From positions 62,001 to 126,000 of the forward strand of contig NIVC01002059.1 of assembly GCA_002269645.1 (NCBI GenBank): DNA of 64,000 nt, in the 5' to 3' direction. This DNA comes from Macrostomum lignano (lineage: Eukaryota). Shown here piece after piece: positions 50,346 to 62,605 of this stretch. Numbering within the stretch: the first letter of the stretch is position 1; every line of letters starts with the position of its first letter. Made by a program: the position numbers and the translations under genes. A model generated the notes under the pieces. That model ran no database searches, was not told the DNA's origin, and saw only the letters and a list, made by a program, of their open reading frames with translations.

Positions 50346-50551
50346 CTCTCCCTACTCCCCGTATGACCCGGTGTAGCTCACTCCCCCAACTTCCGCTGTG
50401 ACTCACTCCTATCTTTTGTGAATCACTCCCTCCCCCATTTCCGGCGTGACACCCTCTCACAAGTTCCTATGTGACTCAACTCCCAACTACCGATATAAAT
50501 TAGCATTTTCCGTCTCCAAGTCGCATCAATTGTGCTCACCATTACCAACAG

Positions 50552-51706
50552 GTGACCCTATCCGGCGAGGAGACTAGCACCGCTCCGGTGACCGCCAACG
50601 GTGCATTTAGCCTACCCGGCCAGCTGCCCGGCACCTACACGGCCACCCTGGCCGGCGGCGACCTGCTATGCTGGGCCTCGCGCCAGCTCCAAGTGACCGA
50701 CCTGTCCAACAAGCCCAAGACCCTGGAATTTCGCGTCACCGGCTTCAAAGCCTTCGTGTCCTCTAGTCACGACCTCGAGTTGAGCTACTCGCCCGCCGCT
50801 GGCGCCAAGCCGAACACGATTCGGGTGGCCCAGGGCCGCACCGAGATCTGCTTGGACAGCCCGGCCACTCCGCCTCTGCAGCTGCGGGCCGCCTCCTGCC
50901 ACCGGCTGGCCGCCGACACCGCCAAGCTGGAACGGCCGGGCGACTCAGTCAGCTTCTCGGCCGCCGCTTTCCTTGTCCGGCTGGCCGCCGACTATCCGGA
51001 CATCGGCGGCAGATCCGGCGAGCCTGTCCGAATCGATCTGACAGCCGACGGCAAACCGGCCGGCCAGTTTAACTTGAAGCCGCCGGCCAAGTCGCAGGAG
51101 CCGCCGGTCGCAGTTGTCGACATGCACTACCCGGCCGGCGCTGTGCTGGAGGCTCGCATCCTGGCCAACAACTCGGTGCTGGAGCCGGCCACAGCCGGCC
51201 TGACCGTCATGGACCCGCTGTCCTGCCAGCCGCAGACTCTTCGCTTCACTGTCCGGCGCGGTCAGCGAATTGTCGGCCAAGTCGAACCGCCACTGTCCGG
51301 CGTCGAGGTGTCGCTTCAACTGTCCGGCGGGGCGTCGGAGTCGGAGGGCGAGGTCGAGGCGGTGGCTTCGCTGACAACTGGCCCGGACGGCCGGTTTGAA
51401 TTCGGGCCGGTGCTGGCGGACCGGGCCTACCAGCTGGCCGGCCGCCTGACTGGCTACCGGTTCGAGGAGCGGCCGTGCAAGCGGCCGGACGAGCGGCACA
51501 CCCTGCGGGCCCACCGCCTGGCCGGCGTGCACGTGCAGACCGGCCTGCCCAGCGTGCTGGTGTCCATGAGCGGCGACTCGTCCAGGTTTCATCAGGCCAC
51601 TGACTCGGCCGGCCTGGCCGTGTTCTCGGATCTGATGCCCGGCCGGTACTACGTGAGAGGCATGGTGAAGGAGTTCCGCTTCGAGCCCGCCAGCGCCGAG
51701 GTTATG
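50552..51706 (+). CDS. NOMO1: NOMO exon 4
   Basis: Acceptor accaacag|GTG. GQVEPPLSGVEV, TGPDGRFEFGPV, PSVLVSMSG and FSDLMPGRYYVRGMVKEFRFEP are NOMO motifs. Donor ATG|GTGAGG, phase 0. Confidence 0.88.
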
Positions 51707-51756
51707 GTGAGGAGATCCGGGTGTCTGCGACTGGGGCTGAGTTGGGTTTTTAGTTA

Positions 51757-51890
51757 TTAGGTAGTTAGTTAACTAGTTACTCAATTAATTAGCTAGTTAA
51801 CTAATTAGTTAGTTAGTTAGTTAGTTAGTCAGCTAGTTAGTTAGTTAGTTAGTTATTTAGTCAGTTAGTTAGTTAGTTAGTCAGTTAGTC

Positions 51891-51925
<35 letters not shown>

Positions 51926-51950
51926 CAGTTAGTTAGTTAGTTAGTTAGTC

Positions 51951-51985
<35 letters not shown>

Positions 51986-52054
51986 CAGTTAGTTAGTTAG
52001 TTAGTCAGTTAGTTAGTCAGTTAGTTAGTTAGTTAGTTAGTCAGTTAGTTACTC

Positions 52055-52085
<31 letters not shown>

Positions 52086-52098
52086 CAGTTAGTTACTC

Positions 52099-52133
<35 letters not shown>

Positions 52134-52166
52134 CAGTCAGTTAGTTAGTTAGTTAGTTAGTTAGTC

Positions 52167-52199
<33 letters not shown>

Positions 52200-52276
52200 A
52201 TTAGTTAGTTACTTAGTTACTTAGTTAGTTAGTTAGTTAGTTAGTTAGTCAGTTAGTTAGTCAGTTAGTTAGTTAA

Positions 52277-52307
<31 letters not shown>

Positions 52308-52312
52308 ATTAG
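51757..52312. repeat. (TTAG)n microsatellite in NOMO intron 4
   Basis: TTAG units with TCAG variants over about 550 bp. Confidence 0.95.
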
Positions 52313-52614
52313 GGGCTAAATTGGAATCTCGGCTTGGCTCTGCTCGTGCAATTAACGCCCTCAAGGGCCAAACCCCAAGGCACAGTGAAGTGTAAAAGCA
52401 ACTAGATAGATGGCCAGTTAGTCAGTTTTATGCCATCCCAAGTAGCTCTTAGAAGGAAGGGCGAGAAATCGTAAAAAATGAAAATCTGATGCTCGATGAG
52501 TTCTCTTTGATTTTTCAACTGGAATCGGCACCTTGTGCATCCTACTTTCAGTAGAACAAAGTGTTATTTTTCTATTACAAATTGAAACCCATTTATTCGC
52601 TAAACTGCATCCAG

Positions 52615-53589
52615 GTGAAGGAGGGCGAGGTCACTGAGGTCACCCTACGCCCAGTCCGCACCGGCTACTCAGCCTACGGCCGCGTGGTCTCCCTGTCTGG
52701 CGCGCCGCTGGCTGACATTGCCGTCACGGGCGTCCCCGACCCGGCCTGCCAGCAGGGCACCGAGACGGCCGACACGGACGCTGGTGGTGAGTTCCGCCTG
52801 CGCGGCCTTGCCTCTGGCTGCCGCTATAACGTCTCCGTGCGGCCCGGACAGCCGGCCGTAGACCGGACATTGCCGCCGTCCGAGTCCGTCACCGTGGCCG
52901 CGGCCGACGCCACCGGCCTGGTGTTCTACGGCCTGCCGCGGCCGGGCCACACCGACCTGTTTGTCACCGTGTCGGCCAAGAATCGCGAGCAGCGTCAATC
53001 GCTGCACCTGACCGTACACCCGGAGCTCAGCCCCGGTCGCCTTACGGACGCCTGCGACCTGGCCGACCGCATCCTCATGTACTCCAGCGCCGTGCCGAAT
53101 GACAATCAGCAGTACGTGGTCACCCTGCACAGCCGCCTGCCCCGCCACCTGTATTCGTTTGGCACCGAGGAGCGCCGCTTCCTGTCTAACGGCAGCGCCG
53201 TGAATTTGCACTTCGACTTTGCCGCCACTAGGCGCTTATCGGAGCGCGAGATCAGCACTGGCTCGTTCCTATTGATTCCATTCACCGCCCTCGTGCTGCT
53301 GCTGGCCCACCACCGCGATCTGATTGGCCCGGCCGTGGCCGCCGCGCTCTCCGGGCTGCTGTCCCGACTGAGAGCGGCCGCTGGCGGAGGCGGCGGCGGC
53401 GATTCCCCGAAGCGGTCCTCGGCTGGCGGGTCCAGCGGCGGCGACGGCGGCTCTGGGGGCGGAGGCCGGGCGGACCCGCTGTCGGATGTGCCGAAGGAGC
53501 TGCTGGAGCCGTCCAGGGCTCAGCAGCAGCAGCAGAAGCCGCTCTATTATATTAACAGGCGCAAGAAGCAGGGCGGCGGTCATTCCTGA
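52615..53589 (+). CDS. NOMO1: NOMO exon 5 (TM helix and cytosolic tail); spliced product about 1218 aa
   Basis: Acceptor gcatccag|GTG gives VKEGEVTEV...YSAYGRVVSLSG...GEFRLRGLASGCRYNV, then TM FLLIPFTALVLLLA; stop TGA at 53587-53589. The total length is close to that of metazoan NOMO. Confidence 0.88.
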   Translation: MKEGEVTEVTLRPVRTGYSAYGRVVSLSGAPLADIAVTGVPDPACQQGTETADTDAGGEFRLRGLASGCRYNVSVRPGQPAVDRTLPPSESVTVAAADATGLVFYGLPRPGHTDLFVTVSAKNREQRQSLHLTVHPELSPGRLTDACDLADRILMYSSAVPNDNQQYVVTLHSRLPRHLYSFGTEERRFLSNGSAVNLHFDFAATRRLSEREISTGSFLLIPFTALVLLLAHHRDLIGPAVAAALSGLLSRLRAAAGGGGGGDSPKRSSAGGSSGGDGGSGGGGRADPLSDVPKELLEPSRAQQQQQKPLYYINRRKKQGGGHS

Positions 53590-53776
53590 ACTTTTAGCCT
53601 CGTCTTATTGTCCATCAAAATCTGAGCAGCAATGCTTTTAATAATAGCGCAATTGCCATTTCTGTCCTGCGTTCTGGCCGGTTTGAATATTCAGTTTCAT
53701 AAATAAAAATTTCGAAATTTCATGTCTCTGAACTCACCTCTTTCATATTTCCAAAACTTCTTATCTCCCACCAAGC

Positions 53777-55093
53777 TTAATAACCTATTCCTAACGGAGA
53801 TATGAAGTGTCGGGGATATGAAGTGTCTGAGATATGAAGTGTCGGAGATATGAAGTGTCGGAGATATGAAGTGTCGGAGATATGAAGTGTCTGAGATATA
53901 AAGTGTCGGAGATATGAAGTGTCGGAGATATGAAGTGTCGGAGATATGAATTGTCGGGGATATGAAGTGTCTGAGATATGAAGTGTCGGAGATATGAAGT
54001 GTCGGAGGTATGAAGTGTCTGAAATATGAAGTGTCTGAGATATGAAGTGTCTGAGATATGAAGTGTCTGAGATATGAAGTGTCGGAGATATAAAGTGTCG
54101 GAGATATGAAGTGTCGGGGATATGAAGTGTCTGAGATATGAAGTGTCGGGGATATGAAGTGTCGGAGATATGAAGTGTCGGAGATATGAAGTGTCTGAGA
54201 TATGAAGTGTCTGAGATATGAAGTGTCGGAGATATGAAGTGTCGGAGATATGAAGTGTCGGGGATATGAAGTGTCTGAGATATGAAGTGTCGGAGATATG
54301 AAGTGTCGGGGATATGAAGTGTCTGAGATATGAAGTGTCGGAGATATGAAGTGTCGGAGATATGAAGTGTCTGAGATATGAAGTGTCGGAGATATGAAGT
54401 GTCGGAGATATAAAGTGTCTGAGATATAAAGTGCCAGAGATATGAAGTGTCGGAGATATGAAGTGTCGGAGATATGAAGTGTCGGAGATATAAAGTGTCG
54501 GAGATATGAAGTGTCTGAGATATGAAGTGTCTGAGATATGAAGTGTCTGAGATATGAAGTGTCTGAGATATGAAGTGTCGGGGATATGAAGTGTCGGAGA
54601 TATGAAGTGTCGGAGATATGAATTGTCGGGGATATGAAGTGTCTGAGATATGAAGTGTCGGAGATATGAAGTGTCTGAGATATGAAGTGTCTGAGATATG
54701 AAGTGTCTGAGATATGAAGTGTCTGAGATATGAAGTGTCTGAGATATGAAGTGTCGGAGATATGAAGTGTCTGAGATATGACGTGTCTGAGATATGAAGT
54801 GTCTGAGATATAAAGTGTCTGAGATATAAAGTGTCGGAGGTGTGAAGTGCCTGAGAAATGAAGTGTCTGAGATATGAAGTGTCGGGGATATGAAGTGTCT
54901 GAGATATGAAGTGTCGGAGATATGAAGTGTCGGAGATATGAAGTGTCGGAGATATGAAGTGTCGGAGATATGAAGTGTCGGAGATATGAAGTGTCGGAGA
55001 TATGAAGTGTTTGAGATATGAAGTGTCGGAGATATGAAGTGTCGGAGATATGAAGTGTCGGAGATATGAAGTGTCGGAGATATGAAGTGTCGG
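53777..55093. repeat. 16-bp minisatellite downstream of NOMO, about 82 copies
   Basis: Unit gagatatgaagtgtc(g/t). Confidence 0.97.
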
Positions 55094-55777
55094 TGTTACA
55101 CTTGTATAATGTAATTAAACGCTGTCTGATTTTCATCACATCATAGTGAAGAGCATGTACATAAAAGCCAGTGGTCTAAGTGATAGCTTGCCAGCCCAAT
55201 TTGGACACAGAAAATGCAGAATGCAGAATGCAGAAATGTGTAGCGCAAGAACTGACTAAATAAAATACCTAGTTTCAATTATGGCTTTAGTGGAGCATTT
55301 TTTACTACAAATATCTGTTTTTTATTGTCTCTGCTATTGTTATTGTTTTGTACTTACTCAAAGTTTGTTGGAGTTTTGGGTTAGTTTAAATTTCCTTTAA
55401 ATATATAAAAAATAATGCTTTGTCATAATATTGTTAGGCTGCTGTTATCAGCTTACCTTATCAGTGAACTTAGAAACCTTTGTTTTCTAATTTGCTTGAA
55501 TTGTTTTCTGATCTAACCTTTTCAACGCTGTCTTCAGATTGTTGCATTATAAATTTTTCGAGTCATCTCAAAACCTGCTGCGTTGAGGCTACAGAAAGTA
55601 AGCTGAATAATCCTTGAATTAATTAATAATCTATTGAATTACCTGCCTACTATTAAACCGGTATTAAATTAATAATTCTACAACTAAATGCACCGGTTCA
55701 AGTCTTTAACACCGATGGAGTGAAATGCAAAGTAATTTTGATTTGTCACTATTGTTTGTTTTTTTAATAAAAAAATG

Positions 55778-56298
55778 GATTGCTAAACTATGACTTGTGT
55801 AATGTGCAATTAGTAATGGATTGCTAATCTAGCGACTAGTGTAGTGTGCAATTAGTAATAGATGGCTAATCTAGCGACTAGTGTAATGTGCAATTAGTAA
55901 TGGATTGCTAATCTAGCGATTAGTGTAATGTACAATTAGTAATGGATTGCTAATCTAGCGATTAGTGTAATGTGCAATTAGTAATGGATTGCTAATCTAG
56001 CGACTAGTGTAATGTACAATTAGTAATGGATTGCTAATCTAGCGATTAGTGTAATGTGCAATTAGTAATGGATTGCTAATCTAGCAACTAGTGTAGTGTA
56101 CAATTAGTAATGGATTGCTAATCTAGCGATTAGTGTAATGTGCAATTAGTAATGGATTGCTAATCTAGCAACTAGTGTAGTGTACAATTAGTAATGGATT
56201 GCTAATCTAGCGATTAGTGTAATGTGCAATTAGTAATGGATTGCTAATCTAGCAACTAGTGTAGTGTACAATTAGTAATGGATTGCTAATCTAGCGAC
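55778..56298. repeat. 42-bp minisatellite, about 12 copies
   Basis: Unit aatggattgctaatctagcgattagtgtaatgtgcaattagt. Confidence 0.92.
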
Positions 56299-56829
56299 CC
56301 AAGTACCCGGTAATAATGCTCCAAAATGAATATTTATAATTCGCTTTTAGTTAATTGTGAAGCAGACCCTGGCCACTCTCCCTCCTAACTCAGTCCCCAC
56401 AGCTGCACTGTCAGCTGGGGGGGGGGGCAGTCTTCATTCAAATTCTTCTCAACACTTCACCATCCCGTCTTTTTTCCTATTCATGCTACATCCTAAGCTC
56501 CCCGCTCCCCCGTGCCTGCACCAGTTTAAATCCTTATTCTCTGTCTCGCTAAAAATTGCCTACCATCCAACAGGCGGCTACAGAGGGAGGGCAATAATAG
56601 CTGCAAGATTTGCTGCTATAAAACAATTGATGCTTTTGCTGCTGCAGCCATTTCTGCTAAGCTGCTCCCTCCAGCCGCCAGTCTTGCCCTACTTTGTCTA
56701 CGCGTTCAGTGCATCCTGTTGACTGTTGACTGCTGACTGTTTGCCAGGATATACTTATTTGTGAGTATACTTAGCAGTGAATGCTTCTTACTTATTCATT
56801 CTACTTGACTTCCATCTCAGCTCACTGCT

Positions 56830-57372
56830 TTCCCTCGCCCTCTCTCCCTTCTGTCTCTCCCTCTCTCCCTTCTGTCTCTCCCTCTCTCCTTTCTGTCTCT
56901 CCCTCTCCCTTCTGTCTCTCCCTCTCTCCCTTCTGTCTCTCCCTCTCTCCCTTCTGTCTCTCCCTCTCTCCCTTCTGTCTCTCCCTCTCTCCCTTCTGTC
57001 TCTCCCTCTCTCCCTTCTGTCTCTCCCTCTCTCCCTTCTGTCTCTCCCTCTCTTCCTTCTGTCTCTCCCTCTCTCCCTTCTGTCTCTCCCTCTCTCCCTT
57101 GTCTCTCCCTCTCTCACTGTCTCACACCTCTCTCACTGTCTCACACCTCTCTCACTGTCTCACACCTCTCTCACTGTGTCACACCTCTCTCAGTCTCACA
57201 CCTCTCTCACTGTCTCACACCTCTCTCACTGTGTCACACCTCTTTCACTGTGTCACACCTCTCTCACTGTGTCACACCTCTCTCACTGTCTCACACCTCT
57301 CTCACTGTGTCACACCTCTCTCACTGTGTCACACTCTCTCACTGTCTCACACTCTCTCACTGTCTCACACCT
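56830..57372. repeat. Compound CT-rich and CACT-rich low-complexity minisatellites
   Basis: ctgtctctccctctctccctt units followed by ctcacacctctctcactgt units. Confidence 0.9.
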
Positions 57373-57992
57373 CAGTCTTTTATAGTTTTCATTTTATTTA
57401 CGCTCTCTGCCAACTGAATTATCTGGCAGAGAGTTAATTCAATTCTGAGAAATTTCTGACTTTAATGAAACCACAAATATTCCAAATCTGGCGCTCCCCT
57501 GGATCCCCAGGTCCCATTCCGGACAATCTTTAATTGTTTATTGGGCTATCCGGTATGGCTTCCAATATAGCGCGGTATTCTACTCGTACAAAAACCAGAG
57601 TCGCTCAGAGCTCAACACCCCCCCCCCACCCAGCTAAGGCAGGAACAGCTGTTGTCTGCCGCTAAATCCCAGGGGTTAAAGTCCAGGGACTCCTATAAAC
57701 ATGTATAGAATTCCGCTGGACTGGAAACGAGTCGTATGAAAAGCCCCATCAAATCTTGGCACGAAGTGGACAGAATAGAGGCATGCAGAAAACAAGTTTG
57801 TTGGGGGCGAAGTTCCACTACATAAGAACATTTAGTAGTCCTGAGTCAGTCCATCCATGTCTATTCTGGCATTCAAGCATGGAGACTTAGGTGGAGGAGC
57901 GGTATTGCATGACTCGCTGTATTCACAGTCTTTAACGTATACATATATGCTCTTTGTTAGATTGTGCTCTCCTCTAAGAATACGAACCATGT

Positions 57993-58750
57993 GGGACACC
58001 TCTACATGTACCTCCCAGGTAGGACACCTCTACATGTACCTCCCAGGTAGGACACCTCTACATGTACCTCCTAGGTAGGACATCTCTACATGTACATCCC
58101 GGGTAGGACACCTCTACATGTACATCCCGGGTAGGACACCTCTACATGTACCTCCCAGGTAGGACACCTCTACATGTACATCCCAGGTAGGACACCTCTA
58201 CATGTACATCCCAGGTAGGACACCTCTACATGTACCTCCCAGGTAGGACACCTCTACATGTACCTCCCAGGTAGGACACCTCTATATGTACCTCCCAGGT
58301 AGGACACCTCTACATGTACCTCCCGGGTAGGACATCTCTACATGTACATCCCAGGTAGGACATCTCTACATGTACCTCCCAGGTAGGACACCTCTACATG
58401 TACCTCCCAGGTAGGACACCTCTACATGTACCTCCCAGGTAGGACACCTCTACATGTACCTCCCGGGTAGGACATCTCTACATGTACATCCCAGGTAGGA
58501 CACCTCTACATGTACCTCCCGGGTAGGACACCTCTACATGTACATCCCAGGTAGGACATCTCTACATGTACATCCCAGGTAGGACATCTCTACATGTACC
58601 TCCCGGGTAGGACACCTCTACATGTACCTCCCAGGTAGGACACCTCTACATGTACCTCCCAGGTAGGACACCTCTACATGTACCTCCCAGGTAGGACACC
58701 TCTACATGTACATCCCAGGTAGGACATCTCTACATGTACCTCCCAGGTAC
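57993..58750. repeat. 28-bp minisatellite, about 27 copies
   Basis: Unit aggtaggacacctctacatgtacctccc. Confidence 0.95.
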
Positions 58751-58972
58751 AGTTTCTTTTGTTTTGCACGTGCCCTTATCTTATTTCGCCTCAATTCCCA
58801 CGGTTCCAAGAAATTAGGTGCAAGGCGCTAATTTGCATTATTAATTAAGCCACCATCCCCTCCCGAAAACCGGCCTTCGCAGCACACCGCCCTGCAAGAT
58901 CGCGTTGGATGCTGGAAAGAAGAGTTCAGGTGAAAATTTTACAATTCAACTGGTCACTATTCAGTCGGAGCC

Positions 58973-59224
58973 ATGAGGCCGAGCAATCTTCTTCAAGCTC
59001 TAAAGCTTCTAATTCTGCTCACTGCGGTTTCTCGCACTGCCTCTGAGTCATCGGGCGGCGGCGCTCGGACAAATCCGCCGACAACCACAGCCGGAGGCGG
59101 TCACGAGACGCAGGCGGCGCCAACCGAAGGAATGAAGGCCACTTCGATAGTGCTGATAATTAGCCTGCTAATTAGCATGGCATTCATCTTCTGCTGCATT
59201 TGCTTCTGCCTGTTCAGAAAATGA
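58973..59224 (+). CDS. Small type I single-pass membrane protein (83 aa): signal peptide, Thr/Gly-rich ectodomain, TM, Cys cluster
   Basis: gccATGA start 8 nt after a possible acceptor (tattcag). Leader LLQALKLLILLTAVS, TM IVLIISLLISMAFIF, then CCICFC and RK-stop. Codon usage is GC-rich like the neighbouring exons. No family recognised. Confidence 0.6.
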   Translation: MRPSNLLQALKLLILLTAVSRTASESSGGGARTNPPTTTAGGGHETQAAPTEGMKATSIVLIISLLISMAFIFCCICFCLFRK

Positions 59225-59416
59225 CACCCGAAACACCAACTGTCGGCGCATGGCTGCTTCTTTTTGAAACTTTCGAAGTCTTGCTTGACTTCAATTCTAT
59301 AATCTGCTTTCATTGGGCTCATTATTGCAACTTTGGCTGAAGGCTACTAAATACTCGTAAAACCTGTTTAGAAGATTAGTCTATAATGCTTCATCAATTA
59401 ATGCACTAGAGATATG

Positions 59417-62065
59417 CAGGGCGTCGCCACCGGGGGGGGGGGGATGACATGCCCCCCAGTAAAAGCTGTGGGGGGAATATGCCAATGCTATTTTTACCTT
59501 TTGAACTGTTGTGGAAATCAATAATTTTGCTTCAGGGCGCCAAAATGAGTGCCTGCTTGCGGCGCCAAAATGAGTGTCTGCCTGCGGCGCCAAAATGAAT
59601 GCCTGCCTGTGGCGCCAAAATGAGTGCCTGCCTGTGGCGCCAAAATGAGTGCCTGTCTGTGGAGCCAAAATGAGTGTCTGCCTGTGGCGCCAAAATGAGT
59701 GCCTGCCTGTGGCGCCAAAATGAGTGCCTGCCTGTGGCGCCAAAATGAGTGCCTGCCTGCGGCGCCAAAATGAATGCCTGCCTGTGGCGCCAAAATGAGT
59801 GCCTGCCTGTGGCGCCAAAATGAGTGTCTGCCTGCAGCGCCAAAATGAATGCCTGCCTGTGGCGCCAAAATGAATGCCTGCCTGTGGCGCCAAAATGAGT
59901 GCCTGTCTGTGGCGCCAAAATGAGTGCCTGCCTGTGGCGCCAAAATGGGTGCCTGTCTGTGGAGCCAAAATGGGTGCCTGCCTGTGGCGCCAAAATGGGT
60001 GCCTGCCTGTGGCGCCAAAATGAGTGCCTGCCTGTGGCGCCAAAATGAGTGCCTGCCTGTGGCGCCAAAATGAGTGCCTGCTTGCGGCGCCAAAATGAGT
60101 GCCTACCTGTGGCGCCAAAATGAGTGCCTGCTTGCGGCGCCAAAATGGGTGCCTGCCTGTGGCGCCAAAATGAGTGCCTGCCTGCGGCGCCAAAATGAGT
60201 GCCTGCCTGCAGCACCAAAATGAGTGCCTGTCTGTGGCGCCAAAACGAGTGTCTGCCTGCGGCGCCAAAATGAGTGCCTGTGGCGCTAAAATGAGTGCCT
60301 GCCTGTGGCGCCAAAATGAGTGCCTACCTGTGGCGCCAAAATGAGTGCCTGCCTGCAGCACCAAAATGAGTGCCTGTCTGTGGCGCCAAAACGAGTGTCT
60401 GCCTGCGGCGCCAAAATGAGTGCCTGTGGCGCCAAAATGAGTGCCTGCCTGTGGCGCCAAAATGAGTGCCTACCTGTGGCGCCAAAATGAGTGCCTGTCT
60501 GTGGAGCCAAAATGAGTGCCTGCCTGTGGCGCCAAAATGAGTGCCTGTCTGTGGAGCCAAAATGAGTGCCTGTCTGTGGAGCCAAAATGAGTGTCTGCCT
60601 GTGGCGCCAAAATGAGTGCCTGCCTGTGGCGCCAAAATGAGTGCCTGCCTGTGGCGCCAAAATGAGTGTCTGCCTGCGGCGCCAAAATGAATGCCTGCCT
60701 GTGGCGCCAAAATGAGTGCCTGCCTGTGGCGCCAAAATGAGTGTCTGCCTGCAGCGCCAAAATGAATGCCTGCCTGTGGCGCCAAAATGAATGCCTGCCT
60801 GTGGCGCCAAAATGAGTGCCTGTCTGTGGCGCCAAAATGAGTGCCTGCCTGTGGCGCCAAAATGGGTGCCTGTCTGTGGAGCCAAAATGGGTGCCTGCCT
60901 GTGGCGCCAAAATGGGTGCCTGTCTGTGGCGCCAAAATGAGTGCCTGCCTGTGGCGCCAAAATGAGTGCCTGCCTGTGGCGCCAAAATGAGTGCCTGCTT
61001 GCGGCGCCAAAATGAGTGCCTACCTGTGGCGCCAAAATGAGTGCCTGCTTGCGGCGCCAAAATGGGTGCCTGTCTGTGGCGCCAAAACGAGTGTCTGCCT
61101 GCGGCGCCAAAATGAGTGCCTGTGGCGCTAAAATGAGTGCCTGCCTGTGGCGCCAAAATGAGTGCCTGCCTGTGGCGCCAAAATGAGTGCCTACCTGTGG
61201 CGCCAAAATGAGTGCCTGTCTGTGGAGCCAAAATGAGTGCCTGCCTGTGGCGCCAAAATGAGTGTCTGCCTGCGGCGCCAAAATGAATGCCTGCCTGTGG
61301 CGCCAAAATGAGTGCCTGTCTGTGGCGCCAAAATGAGTGCCTGCTTGCGGCGCCAAAATGAGTGCCTACCTGTGGCGCCAAAATGAGTGCCTGTCTGTGG
61401 AGCCAAAATGAGTGCCTGTCTGTGGAGCCAAAATGAGTGCCTGCCTGTGGCGCCAAAATGAGTGCCTGTCTGTGGAGCCAAAATGAGTGCCTGCCTGTGG
61501 CGCCAAAATGAGTGCCTGCCTGTGGCGCCAAAATGAGTGCCTGCCTGTGGCGCCAAAATGAGTGCCTGCTTGCGGCGCCAAAATGAGTGCCTACATGTGG
61601 CGCCAAAATGAGTGCCTGTCTGTGGAGCCAAAATGAGTGCCTGTCTGTGGAGCCAAAATGAGTGCCTGTCTGTGGAGCCAAAATGAGTGCCTGTCTGTGG
61701 AGCCAAAATGAGTGCCTGTCTGTGGAGCCAAAATGAGTGCCTGTCTGTGGAGCCAAAATGAGTGCCTGTCTGTGGAGCCAAAATGAGTGCCTGTCTGTGG
61801 AGCCAAAATGAGTGCCTGTCTGTGGAGCCAAAATGAGTGCCTGTCTGTGGAGCCAAAATGAGTGCCTGTCTGTGGAGCCAAAATGAGTGCCTGTCTGTGG
61901 AGCCAAAATGAGTGTCTGCCTGTGGCGCCAAAATGAGGGCCTGGGCGCAAAAAAGGGTGCTAAGAACACTGATTCTCATAACAATGTACATGTAGGAATT
62001 TAGTCATGTGCATGTAGAATTCTTGGCTTGCCCCCTCCATCATAAAATCCATGCCGACGTCCCTT
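59417..62065. mobile_element. hAT-type non-autonomous element carrying an internal 25-bp minisatellite
   Basis: Identical 8-bp flanks GAGATATG at 59409-59416 and 62066-62073. Imperfect TIRs CAGGGCGTCGCCA / TGCCGACGTCCCTT, with G-run and C-run subterminal motifs. Confidence 0.8.
59535..61940. repeat. 25-bp minisatellite inside the hAT-type element, about 95 copies
   Basis: Unit ggcgccaaaatgagtgcctgcctgt; a ggagcc variant is homogenised near the 3' end. Confidence 0.97.
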
Positions 62066-62605
62066 GAGATATGAGTATTGGTCTCTTGCTTTCCAGAAGG
62101 GATATACATAGGCGCATTTCCCGAGCAAAGTTTCAATTTTAAAGGATAATCTTATTCACTGATCTCTGTTGAGGGATTTTCCCCATACGAGGATAATGAG
62201 GTAATCTGGCTACCAATTAGGAAGAACAAACAATATCGAGGGGATGCAAAAACAGGCATTTTATAATCAACTGTAAAAGTACAACCGGTAGCTGGAAATC
62301 TGAGATACGCTTACACTCATTATCTGTTACCCAGTATATAATTATCTGTTAACTATCCTAGAATTTGTTCCTTTTAATGTTTAAATATTGTGACATACAT
62401 ATATGTACCAAATTGACCTTTAATGTACCTGTGCGTAAGATGTACCTCTCTGATATTTGACTTCTAATCACCTGGTCGCAATCGAATGCAAATATGTATA
62501 TATATTTATTGATTTGTGATTACTACTTGATTCTTTCTATACCGTCAACTTTCCGATGTAATTATAGCTGAATACAAAATTGCAAGATAATCTTCTTCGG
62601 CCCCA

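Noticed and set aside
50666-53583. Antisense and alternate-frame ORFs over GC-rich exons (also at 3515, 11093, 31134, 39671, 62670, 63030, 63062)
   Set aside because: They are shadow ORFs caused by stop-poor, GC-rich codon usage of the real genes.
53697-55139. 480-aa ORF on the - strand
   Set aside because: It is a translation of the 16-bp minisatellite; the periodic peptide has no protein-like features.
57480-57860. GC-balanced unique segment that might be a TE or ncRNA fragment
   Set aside because: No recognisable motif, ORF homology or second copy in the window.
59381-61991. Several long overlapping ORFs (up to 499 aa) on the - strand
   Set aside because: All are frames of the stop-free 25-bp array inside the TIR element.
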